A stretch of DNA of 62,531 bases, filler included. It is 14 parts of 14 records of this genome, joined end to end, with 100 filler letters (N's around TTAATTAATTAA, not from the genome) between each part and the next. Parts side by side here need not be neighbours in the genome. Positions count along the whole stretch, not along the records: positions 30,001 to 36,208 come from SRR7504441_74626; positions 36,309 to 40,318 come from SRR7504441_75415; positions 40,419 to 44,268 come from SRR7504441_75449; positions 44,369 to 49,152 come from SRR7504441_76273; 10 more parts are not named here. The stretch is one strand, 5' to 3'. Position 1 is the first letter of the stretch; the number at the start of each line of letters is the position of its first letter. The notes beneath the pieces were generated by a model. That model had not been told where the DNA came from. It did not search any database and saw nothing but the letters and a program-made list of their open reading frames with translations. A program made the translations under genes and the position numbers. Of the stretch, positions 34,917 to 46,768 are shown piece after piece.

Positions 34917-36119
34917 TCATACGAACAAGCAGTAGTTCATCGCCTTGAGGATCTCCTTCTCAGCCTCACAGTACTGCTCCGCATCAAACTCTTCGTCCCA
35001 GCTCTCTTGCAGCAGCTCCTCCGCCTCCTCCAGCTCGAGCATCTCGCTGTCGTACATCTTCATCCCAAGCAGCGCACACGCGGCCGCCGCACAGCCGCTG
35101 GCCGCCTGATACAGCTCAGCGGCTCGTACCGCTTGATCGCTCTGCACCTCGAGCAGACGGCACACATCCTTCACTTCAGATCCGGCCTGCTTGCCCCCTC
35201 GCTTCCGCTTCTTGCCCCCCTTGGCAGCCGCCGCACGCTCGGTCGCTTCCCTCACGGCCGTGGGCGCCCGGGCCGCCATCGCGTCCCCGATCACCAGCCT
35301 AGGAGAGTCGGCGGTCAGTCCATTCTTGGCCCACAGAGGGCTCGCCAGCGCCTGCTCGGCCGAGCAACGCTTGTCAGGCGCCTCGTCCAGCATCTGCCGG
35401 AGCAAATCGGGCATCGGCTTGGCCGGTGGCAGCCCGTCGCGCCGCTTCTGGACAAGCTGGAACGCTGCCTTGTCTCGAGCCACAGTCTCAGGCAACCGGC
35501 CAGTGACCATCTCCATCATCACCACCCCCGTCGAGTACACGTCTGCCAGGAAGCTGTACGGCTTCTGGTAGTATACCTCAGGGGCTATGTAGCAGGCGGT
35601 CCCCACATTGCCGGTGTGAGTGGCTCCCACCGCGAGGGCGCCCTCGGGCAGCTGTTTGCTCAGCGAGAAATCAATCAGCTGGGCGGTACCCTGATCATCG
35701 AGCATCACATTATCCGGCTTGATGTCCCGGTGGATCAGTCCGTTGTGGTGCATGAACCGCACCCCGCATAGCAGCCCGTGCGCCGCCTTCAGCCGGGCCG
35801 GCTTGTCGGCCAGCATGTCGCACTTGAGCGCCTTGGCCAGCGAGAGTGGCCGCTTGGGGAGCACCAGGCAGAGCATCTCGTCCATCTCTGTCAGATCTGC
35901 CAGCGGGAGCACGTTCTCGTGCCCGTAGTTGCCCTGGAGCAGCCGGAGCAGGCTCACCTCCCGGAACGCGCCCACGTTCAGGCTGCCGTCCTCGTCCGGC
36001 TCGAGCATTTTGGCCGCGAACACTTCACCATCGTCGTCGTACACCAGCCGCACGCTCCCGAACCCACCCGCCCCGAGCAGCTCCGCCCGGTGGTAGGCCG
36101 TCTCTCGGCACAGCGACAT
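34917..36119 (-). CDS. CDK-like Ser/Thr kinase fused to a C-terminal cyclin-box-like domain; intronless
   Basis: GAGGFG, AAK, NVGAFREVSLL (PSTAIRE position), HRDIKPDN, DFS, APE; C-terminus ACALLGMKMYD..AEKEILKAMNYCL. Confidence 0.85.
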   Translation of the reverse strand: MSLCRETAYHRAELLGAGGFGSVRLVYDDDGEVFAAKMLEPDEDGSLNVGAFREVSLLRLLQGNYGHENVLPLADLTEMDEMLCLVLPKRPLSLAKALKCDMLADKPARLKAAHGLLCGVRFMHHNGLIHRDIKPDNVMLDDQGTAQLIDFSLSKQLPEGALAVGATHTGNVGTACYIAPEVYYQKPYSFLADVYSTGVVMMEMVTGRLPETVARDKAAFQLVQKRRDGLPPAKPMPDLLRQMLDEAPDKRCSAEQALASPLWAKNGLTADSPRLVIGDAMAARAPTAVREATERAAAAKGGKKRKRGGKQAGSEVKDVCRLLEVQSDQAVRAAELYQAASGCAAAACALLGMKMYDSEMLELEEAEELLQESWDEEFDAEQYCEAEKEILKAMNYCLFV

Positions 36120-36308
36120 TTTGATTCGTATTTCGCACGGCACGCCGGCGGCAGAGCCGTAGAAATATTGTTTATTACATACCTAAGATTACAGTAGGCA
36201 CCCTCTACNNNNNNNNNNNNNNNNNNNNNNNNNNNNNNNNNNNNNNNNNNNNTTAATTAATTAANNNNNNNNNNNNNNNNNNNNNNNNNNNNNNNNNNNN
36301 NNNNNNNN

Positions 36309-36550
36309 ACCCTAACCCTGCAGCCCCGGCTAGCCACCGGCCGGGCTGCCCTGCGCACCTCGGTGGCGTCCTTGCCTTCATAGTCTGTGAACACCTCGGT
36401 GCCGCCCGGGTGCCCAAGCCGGAAGCTGCCGATGTTGAACACCTTGGCGTCGATGATGATCCAGTCCTTGTTCTTGGCCACCTCTTCGCGCGTGAAGGTC
36501 TTGACCGCTTTGCCGCCGGCAGAAGCTGTCACCGCCTGTGCTGCCGACAT
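36309..36550 (-). CDS. N-terminal cytochrome b5-like heme domain; 3'-partial
   Basis: [29 protein letters not shown], then a GT donor. Confidence 0.85.
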
Positions 36551-36637
36551 GAGCTTTCGACCGGCCGGTCGGCCGGGTGCCGTTGTTGGGCCGCGGGAAG
36601 TCCCAGCTCACTGAGCTGCAGTGTCTGCGAGGGTCGG

Positions 36638-36680
36638 CGAGGCCAAGGTGGGAGCTCCGAGGCCAAGGTGGGAGCTCCGA
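36638..36680 (+). repeat. Perfect 20-bp tandem duplication CGAGGCCAAGGTGGGAGCTC between two divergent ATGs
   Basis: Read directly. Confidence 0.9.
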
Positions 36681-36693
36681 GTGGCTACACGCC

Positions 36694-39600
36694 ATGCGGC
36701 ACGAAGGCGGGTGGCGGCTGGAGGAGTGCGAGCTGGGCTGGCTGCTGCGCATGGTGCGGGCTGGCCGGCTGGGCTGCCCGCAGTGCGGCGCCAGCATGAG
36801 CGCGCGGGACGGCCGGTTTGGCACCTTCTTCAGCTGCCCCGGCTGCCCCGGCAAGCGCTCGCTCAAGGCCGGCTGGGCAGCGCTGGCAGTCAGCCCGCTC
36901 CCACCCCTGGTTCAGTGCGAGCTGCTCACGGATGGGTCTGTGCGGATCGTGTCGCAGGCCCCGGCGGTGCTAGAAGCGCTGGCGGCCGGGTGTGCACTGG
37001 GGAGGCTGGACCAGAACGGGGCTATTAAGCTTGCGCTGGCCGAGTACGAGCGGGTCGTCGGGCGCTGCCAGGAGTGGTGCGGCAGTATGTCCTCAGAGTT
37101 CCTGCCGCTGTTCGGGCCGACAGTGCGGTACTTTCGAGGAGCGGCCGGGTGTCAGCTGGCGGGGGAGCACGGGGCACGGCTGTGGGCCCGACTGCAGAGC
37201 CAGGCGTGGGCCGGGGCCGATGATCTGCGTTGGCTGGAGCTTCGGTGCGGTCGGTCGGTCAGGGCTTTGTCTGAGTGGGAGCTGCTTGCTGTGCTGGCGG
37301 CTGGGACGGGCACTGGCAGCGGGCGGCACAGCCAAGGCTGGCAGGTGGAGGTCGACCGGCAGATCTATGAGGCCCCGCCGATCGCACCGACGCAGGATAC
37401 GGTCTGCGTCCCGGAGGCCATGGCAGACGAGCTGCTGGAAGCGGCGCTGCGGAGGGCTCCTCGATTGGCCCAGATGCAGCCATTCCAACGTGATGGAGTG
37501 AGATTTGCACTAAGCCGTGGAGGCAGGGCGCTGCTGGCTGATGAGATGGGCTGCGGGAAGACGCTGCAGGCGTTCGGCGTCCTGGCGGCGTTCAATGTGT
37601 GGCCTGTGCTGATCGTGTGCCCGGCCTCGCTCCGGTTGATGTGGATAGAGGAAATCGAGAGCTGGCTGCCGGGGCTGGTGAGACCGAGGGACATTCACAT
37701 GATAAGCGACTCAAACCACATGCTGGGCCAAGCCGGGCCGGCGCCAAAGCTCGTGGTGGTGAGCTTTACGATGTGCCGGATGCTGCACAAAGCAGGCAAT
37801 CTCAAGAACCGTGGCTGGAAGCTTGCGATTGTGGACGAGTCGCATAGGTTGCGCTGCAACAGCCGGGGCGAGGCCTCTCTCGAGACACGTCAGCTGCTCG
37901 AACTGCTCTCGCCAGTGCCTCGAGTGTTGCTCTGCACAGGGACGCCTTGCCAATCCAAGTGGATCGACATTTGGCTCCAAGCCGAACTAATCCAGCCCAT
38001 GCTTCTAGGAGGATGCTGGGATGCGTTCTATGAGCATTACGGCACACCCACGCTCAGTTGCACCTCGCATGGCAGCTATGTGGTGGCCGGGGCTTGCGCA
38101 AAGCCGGATGAGCTCAACTTGCTTCTCAGGTCAGCGATCATGTGCAGGCGGCTCAAGAGTGAGGTGCTGGCCGAGCTTCCTAAAAAGAGTCGGCACTTGG
38201 TGTCTTGATTGTCGTTCATGATCTGACGGGCCATTGCAGGTACGGCTGGAAGTGACTGCGCCTGAGGCTGAGTCGATTGGGGAGACTAAGACAGACTATC
38301 AAGCAGCAGGTCTTTACAAGGCCAGCACTTGCGCTGCTTGGCTGAAGCACAGCATCTGGGCCGATGGCCTTGGGCGCCGACCGGTGGTTTTCTTCGCACA
38401 CCACATTCAAGTATTAGATAGAATGCAGAAGCATCTGATGGAGCTCGGAGTCAAACTCCACCGCATTGATGGGAGTATGAATCCAGCAGCTCGTGAGCTT
38501 CGACTCGGCGAATTCAGAGAGGGCCGGGTGGGTGGCGCCCGCTTGCTGCTCGAGACTGAGCCCCGCGCTTTTCCAGGTCGAGGCACTGCTGATCGGGGTG
38601 ACTGCAGCCGGCATTGGACTTGATCTCTCGTGTGCTTCGGTAGCTGTTTTTGTGGAGCTTCCGCCAAACGCATCATGGGTACTCCAGGCCCAGGATAGGC
38701 TGCATCGGCGGAACCAGCAACAGCCTGTCGAGATATTCTTCCTCTTGTGTTGGTGCCCGCCAGCCCTCTCCGATCCTCCCAGTTGGGCTGCTTACGACTT
38801 TGATCGATGGAACTTGCTAGACCAACGGCTGCAATATGCTGAGAAAATGCATGGACCTCAGCATCTGCCCCAGGCCACCAACCAGAAGTGCTCGACATTG
38901 GACACAGATTGCTCGGGCGCTCTTAAAGAGGCCTCAAAGTTTGAGGTCTCCCCATATACAGGGCGAGTGCACCTCTTTGATCAAGCAGGGCAGCCGCTCA
39001 GGGTCTCGTTGACAAGGGGCGAGATTGCGAGGTCTGGTCCTGCCGCAACCTTCATGGCTGCATGGCAACGTTTGACGCCCTATCAGCGAAGAGGCTGCAG
39101 AGCGCAGCTTCAGACTGTCGATATGCTGCAGGAGCTAGTACCCCCAATCACGCACGCCAGGGCTAAGCAGCGCTACCTGCCGAAGCATCGGCCAGCAGTT
39201 GCTTTGCAGGAAGACTTGTGGGTCGCAGTGAGCGTGACTTACGCATCGGGCACACAGGCCGAATATGTCCAACGTCTTGATCCAGTTTCTGGGAAGCTTG
39301 GCTGCATCGATTGCGGCGAGGCGCTGCAAATCGACGCAGATCTGACGGAGATCACGCCTCGCGCAGCTGAATGTGACCCAGAGCTTCTTTGTCGATTCGA
39401 AACCACTTCAACCGAGCTTGGCCTTTTTTGCAAGGGTGAATGTAGGGCCAATTTTCTGCTACGGCGGGACCGGTCATCGTTGAGACAGCAACTGCTAGAG
39501 CTGGAGCATGCCATATGTCGTCAGTGTGGCCTTGATTGTCAACGGCTTTCCGCGACACTGCAGGGCACGCTCGCCGGTGAAGCTAGAATGGATGTGCTAA

Positions 39601-39926
39601 GCAAGTCAGGCCTCGCCGCAAGGCTCTCAGAGGCGCAGCTCGTCCGGCTCGTGACAGCTGAACAGATCTCTGATGGTGTGCTCTGGGAAGCGGACCATAT
39701 TTTGCCTGTCTGGGATGGAGGAGGTCAATGTGGCATTGATAATTTGCAGACTCTGTGTCTGGCTTGCCATGCAGAAAAAACTGCGCTTGAGACTGGCCGT
39801 CGGGCAAAGTCGAAGCGCATGGCCCCTAAGCGCCTCTCCGAGGCAGCAAACGACGGTGACGCCGCAAAGCAGGTGGGCACCTTGAGCAAGTACTTTTGTG
39901 CCACAAAGCGCAGTCGTTACTTTTAA
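36694..39926 (+). CDS. ZRANB3: ZRANB3-like SNF2 helicase with C-terminal HNH endonuclease and N-terminal Zn ribbon; two introns
   Basis: PFQRDGV, LLADEMGCGKT, IVDESH, TGTP, RRLKSEVL, FFAHH, RIDGS, QAQDRLHR; HNH WEADHILPVWDGGGQCGIDNLQTLCLACH. Confidence 0.85.
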
Positions 39927-40289
39927 TTTAAACGATCAGAATTCTATGTGAGCTGTAGCCATCATGTCATGTTATACGTATACATGTACCAGGGGCGCTT
40001 TGCCGTTGCGTTCTCATGCAGGATCCTCAGCATGTCGGAGGCTTGCTATCCTCCCTCACCACCTACCCGGTAACAATTGCAAGCGATTGCAATTGGTCGA
40101 CCGGCACCCCCTCGCCTCCCCCCCCGGAACTTGCCCTACCTCCCACGATCTGAACATTTGAAAAAATATTGCAATCTGCGAGGCATTTAATTGATAGATT
40201 GCGTACGTATACATTAATTTTATATTATATGAATTCTCTTAATTCAATTACACGAGTTACAATTCAGTTGATATACTTGAGCGCTTGAG

Positions 40290-40318
40290 AGTTTCATCTT
40301 GAGTTTCATCTTGAGTTT
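40290..40318 (+). repeat. 12-bp tandem repeat (GAGTTTCATCTT) at a contig end
   Basis: Read directly. Confidence 0.8.
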
Positions 40319-40657
40319 NNNNNNNNNNNNNNNNNNNNNNNNNNNNNNNNNNNNNNNNNNNNTTAATTAATTAANNNNNNNNNNNNNNNNNNNNNNNNNN
40401 NNNNNNNNNNNNNNNNNNGCTCGCACTTTCCACCAAATTGGTTAAGATTTTATTCCACATCGCTCTGAGCGTGAGATCGAGCGGGTCCGCGTGAGCAGAG
40501 CGACCAACGAATGACATAGCTACATGCCTGCATGCGCTCCTGTACCTCACATCTGCGTCACGGTCGACGTCTGATCGCTGATCGCTGATCAATTCGCGGC
40601 CGTTGGCTTCCGAGCTCAGGCGCCACCTGCGGCGTTTGTCGCGGTGGGGCCGGCCCG

Positions 40658-43503
40658 ATGGACCAGGACAGCTTGAACCAATGCTCGACCTCCCTCGGTC
40701 TGCCATCGGAGGTTGGGACCTGCAGCTGCGGCGGGCAAATGGACCCGCACCTGTGGGGAATTACCCGGCGCTTCGACCTGAACCTTGCCGGCTACGAACT
40801 CAAGCGGATGCTGCTGCCTGAGTTCGTCGACGCATTGCTGGCCTTCACCTGGCTGCTGTTGCTCCGCGGATACGCCCACAAGTGCTCCAGTAGCACCAAG
40901 GTCCGCTCCCCAGACCGGGCGGCTGCCGAGCACGGTGGCAGGCGCTGAACAACGAGCGTCAGCGCGTGCTGTGGTCGCTGCACATGTGGCTGCTATCGGT
41001 CATGTTCACTGGAATGATACCGGGCGTGCCCGGCGCCGACAACCTGGCACCGGCCATCATGTGGGTGATGCTGGACAACCTGACCAGTTTCAGCGTACTG
41101 TACATCTGCAACCCCTTCCCATCCAAAACGGTGTCCCGCCCAGCCTGCGACCCGATTTGGGCCGATAGCCATAGCATAGCATAGTATAGCGTCAGGCCTG
41201 CCAGAAGCGTTTGCTGGCCTCTCGGGTTTCCGTGCTGGCGGATCCTGCGGGTGCAGGCAATTGCGTCTGTCCGGTGTTGGACTCACGTGTTCACTGCGGT
41301 GCTTGGGGTGTTCTCTTTTATGAGCGAGGTGATCGAGCAATCTGAAGTCTCGGTCGAGATGGTTGACTCTGGGTGAGACCGGTGCTCAGGCCGGGGACTA
41401 AGCTAGGCGGGCAGGGGCCAGTCTCAGTGCGTAATGGTGTGGACTCAAAGCGACTGGCCTTTCGTGCTGATCCTTTGCCATGGCGTGGGGATGTTCTGCC
41501 TGATACTCTTTGCTGCACGGCCCTTTCTGCAGCATAAGCGGAAGCTCTCAATGCCCATGCCTCTAACGCTGATATTTAGCCGACGGGCGTCCTTTCGGTC
41601 ATCTCAATCCACACAAGTCAAACTAGAGGCGGGCAACCCAGGACTGATGCTCTTGGTATATTTTTCACTCAAGGCGTCTGTCCAATTCCTCGCCGGTACT
41701 TGTTTAATGCCTAGTCCCCCGCCTGTGCTCACACCTCTCCAGGTGCTCTGAGCCTCGCGCCATCGATCCAACACGATCCGTACTGCTTCTGGGAGGGCTG
41801 TGTTATGATATGGATGACCCACGTGGACGTGCTACTGGTTCCCGTGCTCGTGTCCCTTGAAGTCTACCACCATGCACACCTATGGGGATCGATCTCCGCA
41901 GATTCAACGGTCCAGGCCTTTGCCGATCTCGACTGGAGAAGGTCTCCGCCGCGCTGGTTAAAATCTGACTGCGGTTGTGCTGTAGATACCTGGTTGAGCC
42001 GAGTGAATGGAGCGAAATCGATCTTCTGTCTGTGGTGTGGATTTGAGCGCGTTGCACTGGATTGAAATCCGGCAGGGTGCACAAGGCTCTATTGCACTGG
42101 TAGAACTACGAAATGCACGGTTCAGCTGTCCATTGATAGACCTAGACTATGTGGAACCGCTGGTGACACGTGCTATTAGATAGCCACGATTTGATTATGG
42201 CCTCAGGTTGTTGCCAAAACGCCTCACATTGATGGGCCCGAGGCTCTTCGGCAGACGCTTGAGGAAGCCGCAATCCTTTTGAGGATCAGTCAGCATGAAA
42301 TGATAGTAGAATCCGACCGCGAGCACTTATTGAGTTTAAGAGGACTGTGTGTGATGCTGCCAACGGTAGCCGTCTTACTGGAGTACTGCGATGGAGGCGA
42401 CTTGGCTCATAAGCTTCAAGCACTCCGCAAGGACTCAGAGGCCTTCTCGCGTCGAGGCTGGGAACCGGAGCAGAGTACGCTCGGTCCGAGGCTACGCTGG
42501 GCTCTGCAGGTTGTTAGCCATTGCTGAGCCACGTTGATTGAGGATCAGGTGGCCAAGGGAATGCGTGGACTCCATTCACTGGGGATATCACACCGAGACC
42601 TGAAGACAGACAATATTCTGCTCAAGGTGCCGCAGCCAGGCACGATCATTGTTTTGAGGCTGGGTGGGCAGCGCTCGTGTGATGACCCAGAAACGCTGGT
42701 GGCTGTGATTGCAGACTTTGGCTGTGCGTTGTACACAGAAGAGCGGAACTCGTCTTCGCCTCGCCCTGTCGAGGAGTATCTTGTGCCCAACCAAGGCACG
42801 AATCATAAGGCGCGAGCCATCTTGATGTTGTGCAGGGACGCTTTTTTGTATGGCGCCCGAGTGCATTGTTCAAGATCAAGGTCTGTTTGAATCAACGTCA
42901 GCGGACGCTGTCCACCTGTGTTACGACCCTCAGAGGGCAGACGTCTTTGCATGGGGCTTTATTTTATACGAATGTCTGACCTTTAAGCGCGACCCGTTAT
43001 GTCGACAAGGCGATCTTGATATGATTGCTTTGAGGAATACAATTCATCTCACAGAGGACGACTTCAGCGGTACATTGGCTGGCTGCTAAATCGTTGCCAC
43101 TGTGCTGAGCCATTTATTGCCAGATTGTGAGGTCAATAGGGATGACCCCACCTCTCAACTTGTTGCGCAGTGCTGGGGCGGCGATCCGACAACGCGACCT
43201 ACATTTGCTTCTATTTGCGAATCGATGCCGAATTTACCTCTCTGTACAGTACACCAGCTGCGTCGAGCTAGTCAGATGCCAACTGAAGACCCAGGCTCCC
43301 GGGCTAGCGGGGCCTCAAATGCTAGTTGGTGGGACAACTTCACGCGGAGTATCTCTTACGTTAGTAATGACTTTAGGATGGGAAGCAGCCCGCAAGTACC
43401 AAGCGGCTCCGCCATGGACATGGCAGCCTCGCCAGGTGACATGGGCAGACCTTTGTTAGAACGACACACTTCGTGGCATGAGCATAGGAGGCCAACGCTT
43501 TAA
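40658..43503 (+). CDS. Seven-TM domain fused to a TKL-type protein kinase (GPCR-TKL-like); multi-exon
   Basis: About 7 hydrophobic segments, then VVAK, LRGLCVMLPTVAVLLEYCDGGDL, HRDLKTDN, IADFG, MAPE, ADVFAWG, CW..DPTTRPTF. Confidence 0.8.
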
Positions 43504-43744
43504 TGTAAGAAAGCACACAAAGGCTGTTCCATGCACATGTCATGAAGTGTGTCCTTCGGTGAATGCTTGCATGTAAACACCCAATTGTACGATTTGTCTT
43601 GGGTTTGCACTCTTTAATTAATGAAGCGCGAAAGTAGTCATTAGTTCACTACGGGTTTATCTGAAATTATACCTATCTACCTACACAAACAAATTTAGCT
43701 TATTATCGTGACCAGTCCGGGAACCTTCATGGTTTACTCGGGGT

Positions 43745-44268
43745 TTACTCATTGCTAGGTTGCTCTCCGCTCTCTTGGTAAAGCTTTGTCACTATTGGAT
43801 GCAAAATTTCCTCGAGCTCCTTTTGCTTGATCTCGCAGTCATTCACTTCTGGCAGTGCTTCCTGCTTCTCCAGCCAGTCTAGCGTGACTTTAACAGCACT
43901 GTCAACCTTCTCCTTGTCTTCTGTTGACACCTATGGCACAAACACACTCGGCCCAATGCTGGCAGACTGCAGTATGCACACCTTGTCACGCAAGCCCTCC
44001 TGGTTGAGCGTGTTTCTTGCACTATAGCACTGCTGCTCTAAGTCGTTCCGTGCTGCCACCTTGGCATGATTGTCCTCATCTTGAGCCCTGTCGCTCAAAT
44101 GCTCAGCTATCGCGTTGGGAGCTTGTCACCGGAACTGTTCAGCCTCTTTGACCATCTTACTGATATCGTTCTTGGACAGTCGACCCTTCTCGTTAGTAAT
44201 TGTGATCTTGTTTGATTTGCCAGTAGATTGATCCTTTACCCCAACAAATGAAGGGCCATTCACCGGGC
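43745..44268 (-). CDS. HSP70: Hsp70, C-terminal part only; two introns
   Basis: [52 protein letters not shown]. Confidence 0.9.
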
Positions 44269-44553
44269 NNNNNNNNNNNNNNNNNNNNNNNNNNNNNNNN
44301 NNNNNNNNNNNNTTAATTAATTAANNNNNNNNNNNNNNNNNNNNNNNNNNNNNNNNNNNNNNNNNNNNTTAATAAACCTATAAGGTTTCTAGCTACCATC
44401 ATTCCTCATCTAGTCGATACTTATAAATCAATCCTCATCGTCTGCACTGGGCACGTGGGTAGAACTGAATACGACGCCATCGTCTGCACAAGTTTTACGG
44501 TCCCTTGACCTTCGTCGTTCGGTGCCGGACAGTCCGAGTGAGGCCCAGCTCTG

Positions 44554-46768
44554 ATGCGATCGCGCAGCCGTGACCGCAGCCCAGCGAGGCGACGCAGTCG
44601 AAGCCGGGATCGGCGGGTACGGAGCAGGTCGAGGCGAGATAGGTCGAGGGGCAGACGGCGATCCCGGAGCGGCAGCCGGCGCCGCAGCCGGAGCAGGGAC
44701 AGGCGGCGGAGCAGGGGGCGCTCGAGCAGCAGGCGCCGGGACAGTAGAAGGCGACAGCCGAGCAGGAGCGCACGGCGAGGCAGCAGTAGAGACAGCAGTA
44801 GCAGCAGTAGCAGCAGCGACAGCGCCGAGCGGTCGAACCAAGCCGCAGAGCCGGTGGAGGAGCCGGCAGCTGAGCAAGAGGGGTCTGAGATCTCCGGAGA
44901 GGCGGTGCAGGCGACTGGGTTGCTCAGGCGAGCTCCGAGGCTGTCTGGCGGGCTGAGCCTGTGTGCAGCTCGCCTGCGGTCGACCGGCAGCGCGAGGTTT
45001 ACAACCAGAGCTGCAGCAACCTCAAACAGATGGACGTGACCGGAGTGGATCAGACGGCGCTGGTGGTGGCCGATAAGGTGGCCGGCCGGTATGGCGGCAG
45101 TGTGAGCGAGGCACGCAGGTGAACGCATTCCTGCAGTGCTTTGAAGAGGACGTGGCCGCTTTGGACCTCAACAGTGGCAAGCCCGTGCTCAAGGACAAGA
45201 AAGCGTTCGCTAGCCGGTGAGCAAGCCCGGTCTGGCGCCTATTGGACTTGGTGCAGATATCGCACTGTGTTCACTGAGTCCGGGCCTAAGCTCACTGCCA
45301 TCCTCACCAAGCGGGTCCGAGTGCACTCCAGCTGCCGGCTCAGCCTGCGCAGGTGACCTTTCGGCCCAAGGCGCGCAAGAACGCCCAACCGGTGTTCACG
45401 ATCGACTTTGAAACACACAGCCAGATTGTGTCCCCTGTGGGTGGGCTGCTTGATGGCTCAACAGGGCTGTCACCGCCCCGCAAACAGGTGAGCTGCAGCC
45501 TGGCATGCCGAGTCAGCTCTGGCCCCAGGCGTTGATTGTGCTCTACCTGACGCTGGTCAATAAAGTGGAGCGGATGTGGCTGGCGCCCGACAAGGCCCAG
45601 CTCGGGCTGTCGGATCTGAGCAGCTTTGAGCAGCTGCAAGCCAATCCTCAGATCAAAATGATGTGCGACAAGGTGCTCGACGCGTTTGGCAGCCTGGATG
45701 CCCTCGCTGTGGATGTGTGTGACATGCGGCTTTGCACCGCCGGTGGCGATTCCATCACTGGCCGGCGACCAACCCAGGAGGATGCTACGTGCTTGTGTCG
45801 CTGGCAGGGCAGTGAGATAGTTGATCCGGCCAGCCCGGCGCTGTTGGACCAAAATAACTTCATTGCGGTGTACGACGGGCACGGTGGCGACCAGGCGGCC
45901 AAGTTTGCGAGCGAACGGCTGCAGCACAAGCTGCTCGAGTGAGCTGGTGCCCTGCTCTGGACTGAGTGGGTGCGGGCAGAGGGCTTGCGGCCGGGCATGC
46001 GGCTCCGGATGCGCTCCACCAGGCATTTGTGCAGACAAGCGAAGAGTTTATTACTAGCACGGAGGATATGAGCGGTGCCCTACCCGCTGGCTCTGGTCGA
46101 GCTAGGTGCAGGCACCTGTGCGATAGTGGTGCTGGTGTGCGGTAGTATGCTGCATGTGGCGAATGCGGGCGACTGCCGGGCCGTCCTGTGCACTGGCGAA
46201 GAGGCCACTGCACACCGGCTCACTTCCGACCACAAGCCCGACCGGCCTGACGAAAAAGAGCGGATTGAAGCCGCCGGTGTGCAACAGGGCTTGCCGGTGT
46301 GTCTGAGTGGAAGGTTGCAGGTGGCTCAGTCCAGTTCTTCAAGTGCTGGCGGGTGACAGCGCCGCAGCACGGGATGATGCTCGCCACATCGCGCTCGCTG
46401 GGTGATTGCCGGTTCAAGGTGCCCCAGGCTGCCATTAGTAGGCTCAGACTGCTGGCTCGCAGATTGTGGAGAGCCGCACACCCCACCACATCGTGAGTGC
46501 CGAGCCGGAGCTGATGTCCCGCGAGTTGACCCGTGAGGACAAGTTTGTGATCTTGGCGTGCGATGGTGTGTGGGACGTGCTCTCAGACCAGCAGGCTTGC
46601 ACTGTGGTGAATGAGCACATACAGGCCAACCCGGCTCACACACCGCAGTCAGCTGCTAGCGCGCTGGTGAATGCGGCATTCGAAGCGGGCTCGCCTGACA
46701 ACATTTCTGTGGCAATTGGGATTTTTCACGCGTGGGCCACAGGCAGGAATTATGTGGGAGTCCACTAA
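44554..46768 (+). CDS. PP2C/PPM protein phosphatase with an N-terminal RS-dipeptide-rich domain; about 9 introns
   Basis: RSRSRDRSP..; GRRPTQEDA, VYDGHGG, ANAGDCRAVL, TSDHKP, SRSLGD, LACDGVWD, SPDNIS. Confidence 0.88.

Noticed and set aside
39670-39775. HNH nuclease as a homing endonuclease or mobile element
   Set aside because: It is the normal C-terminal domain of ZRANB3-family proteins
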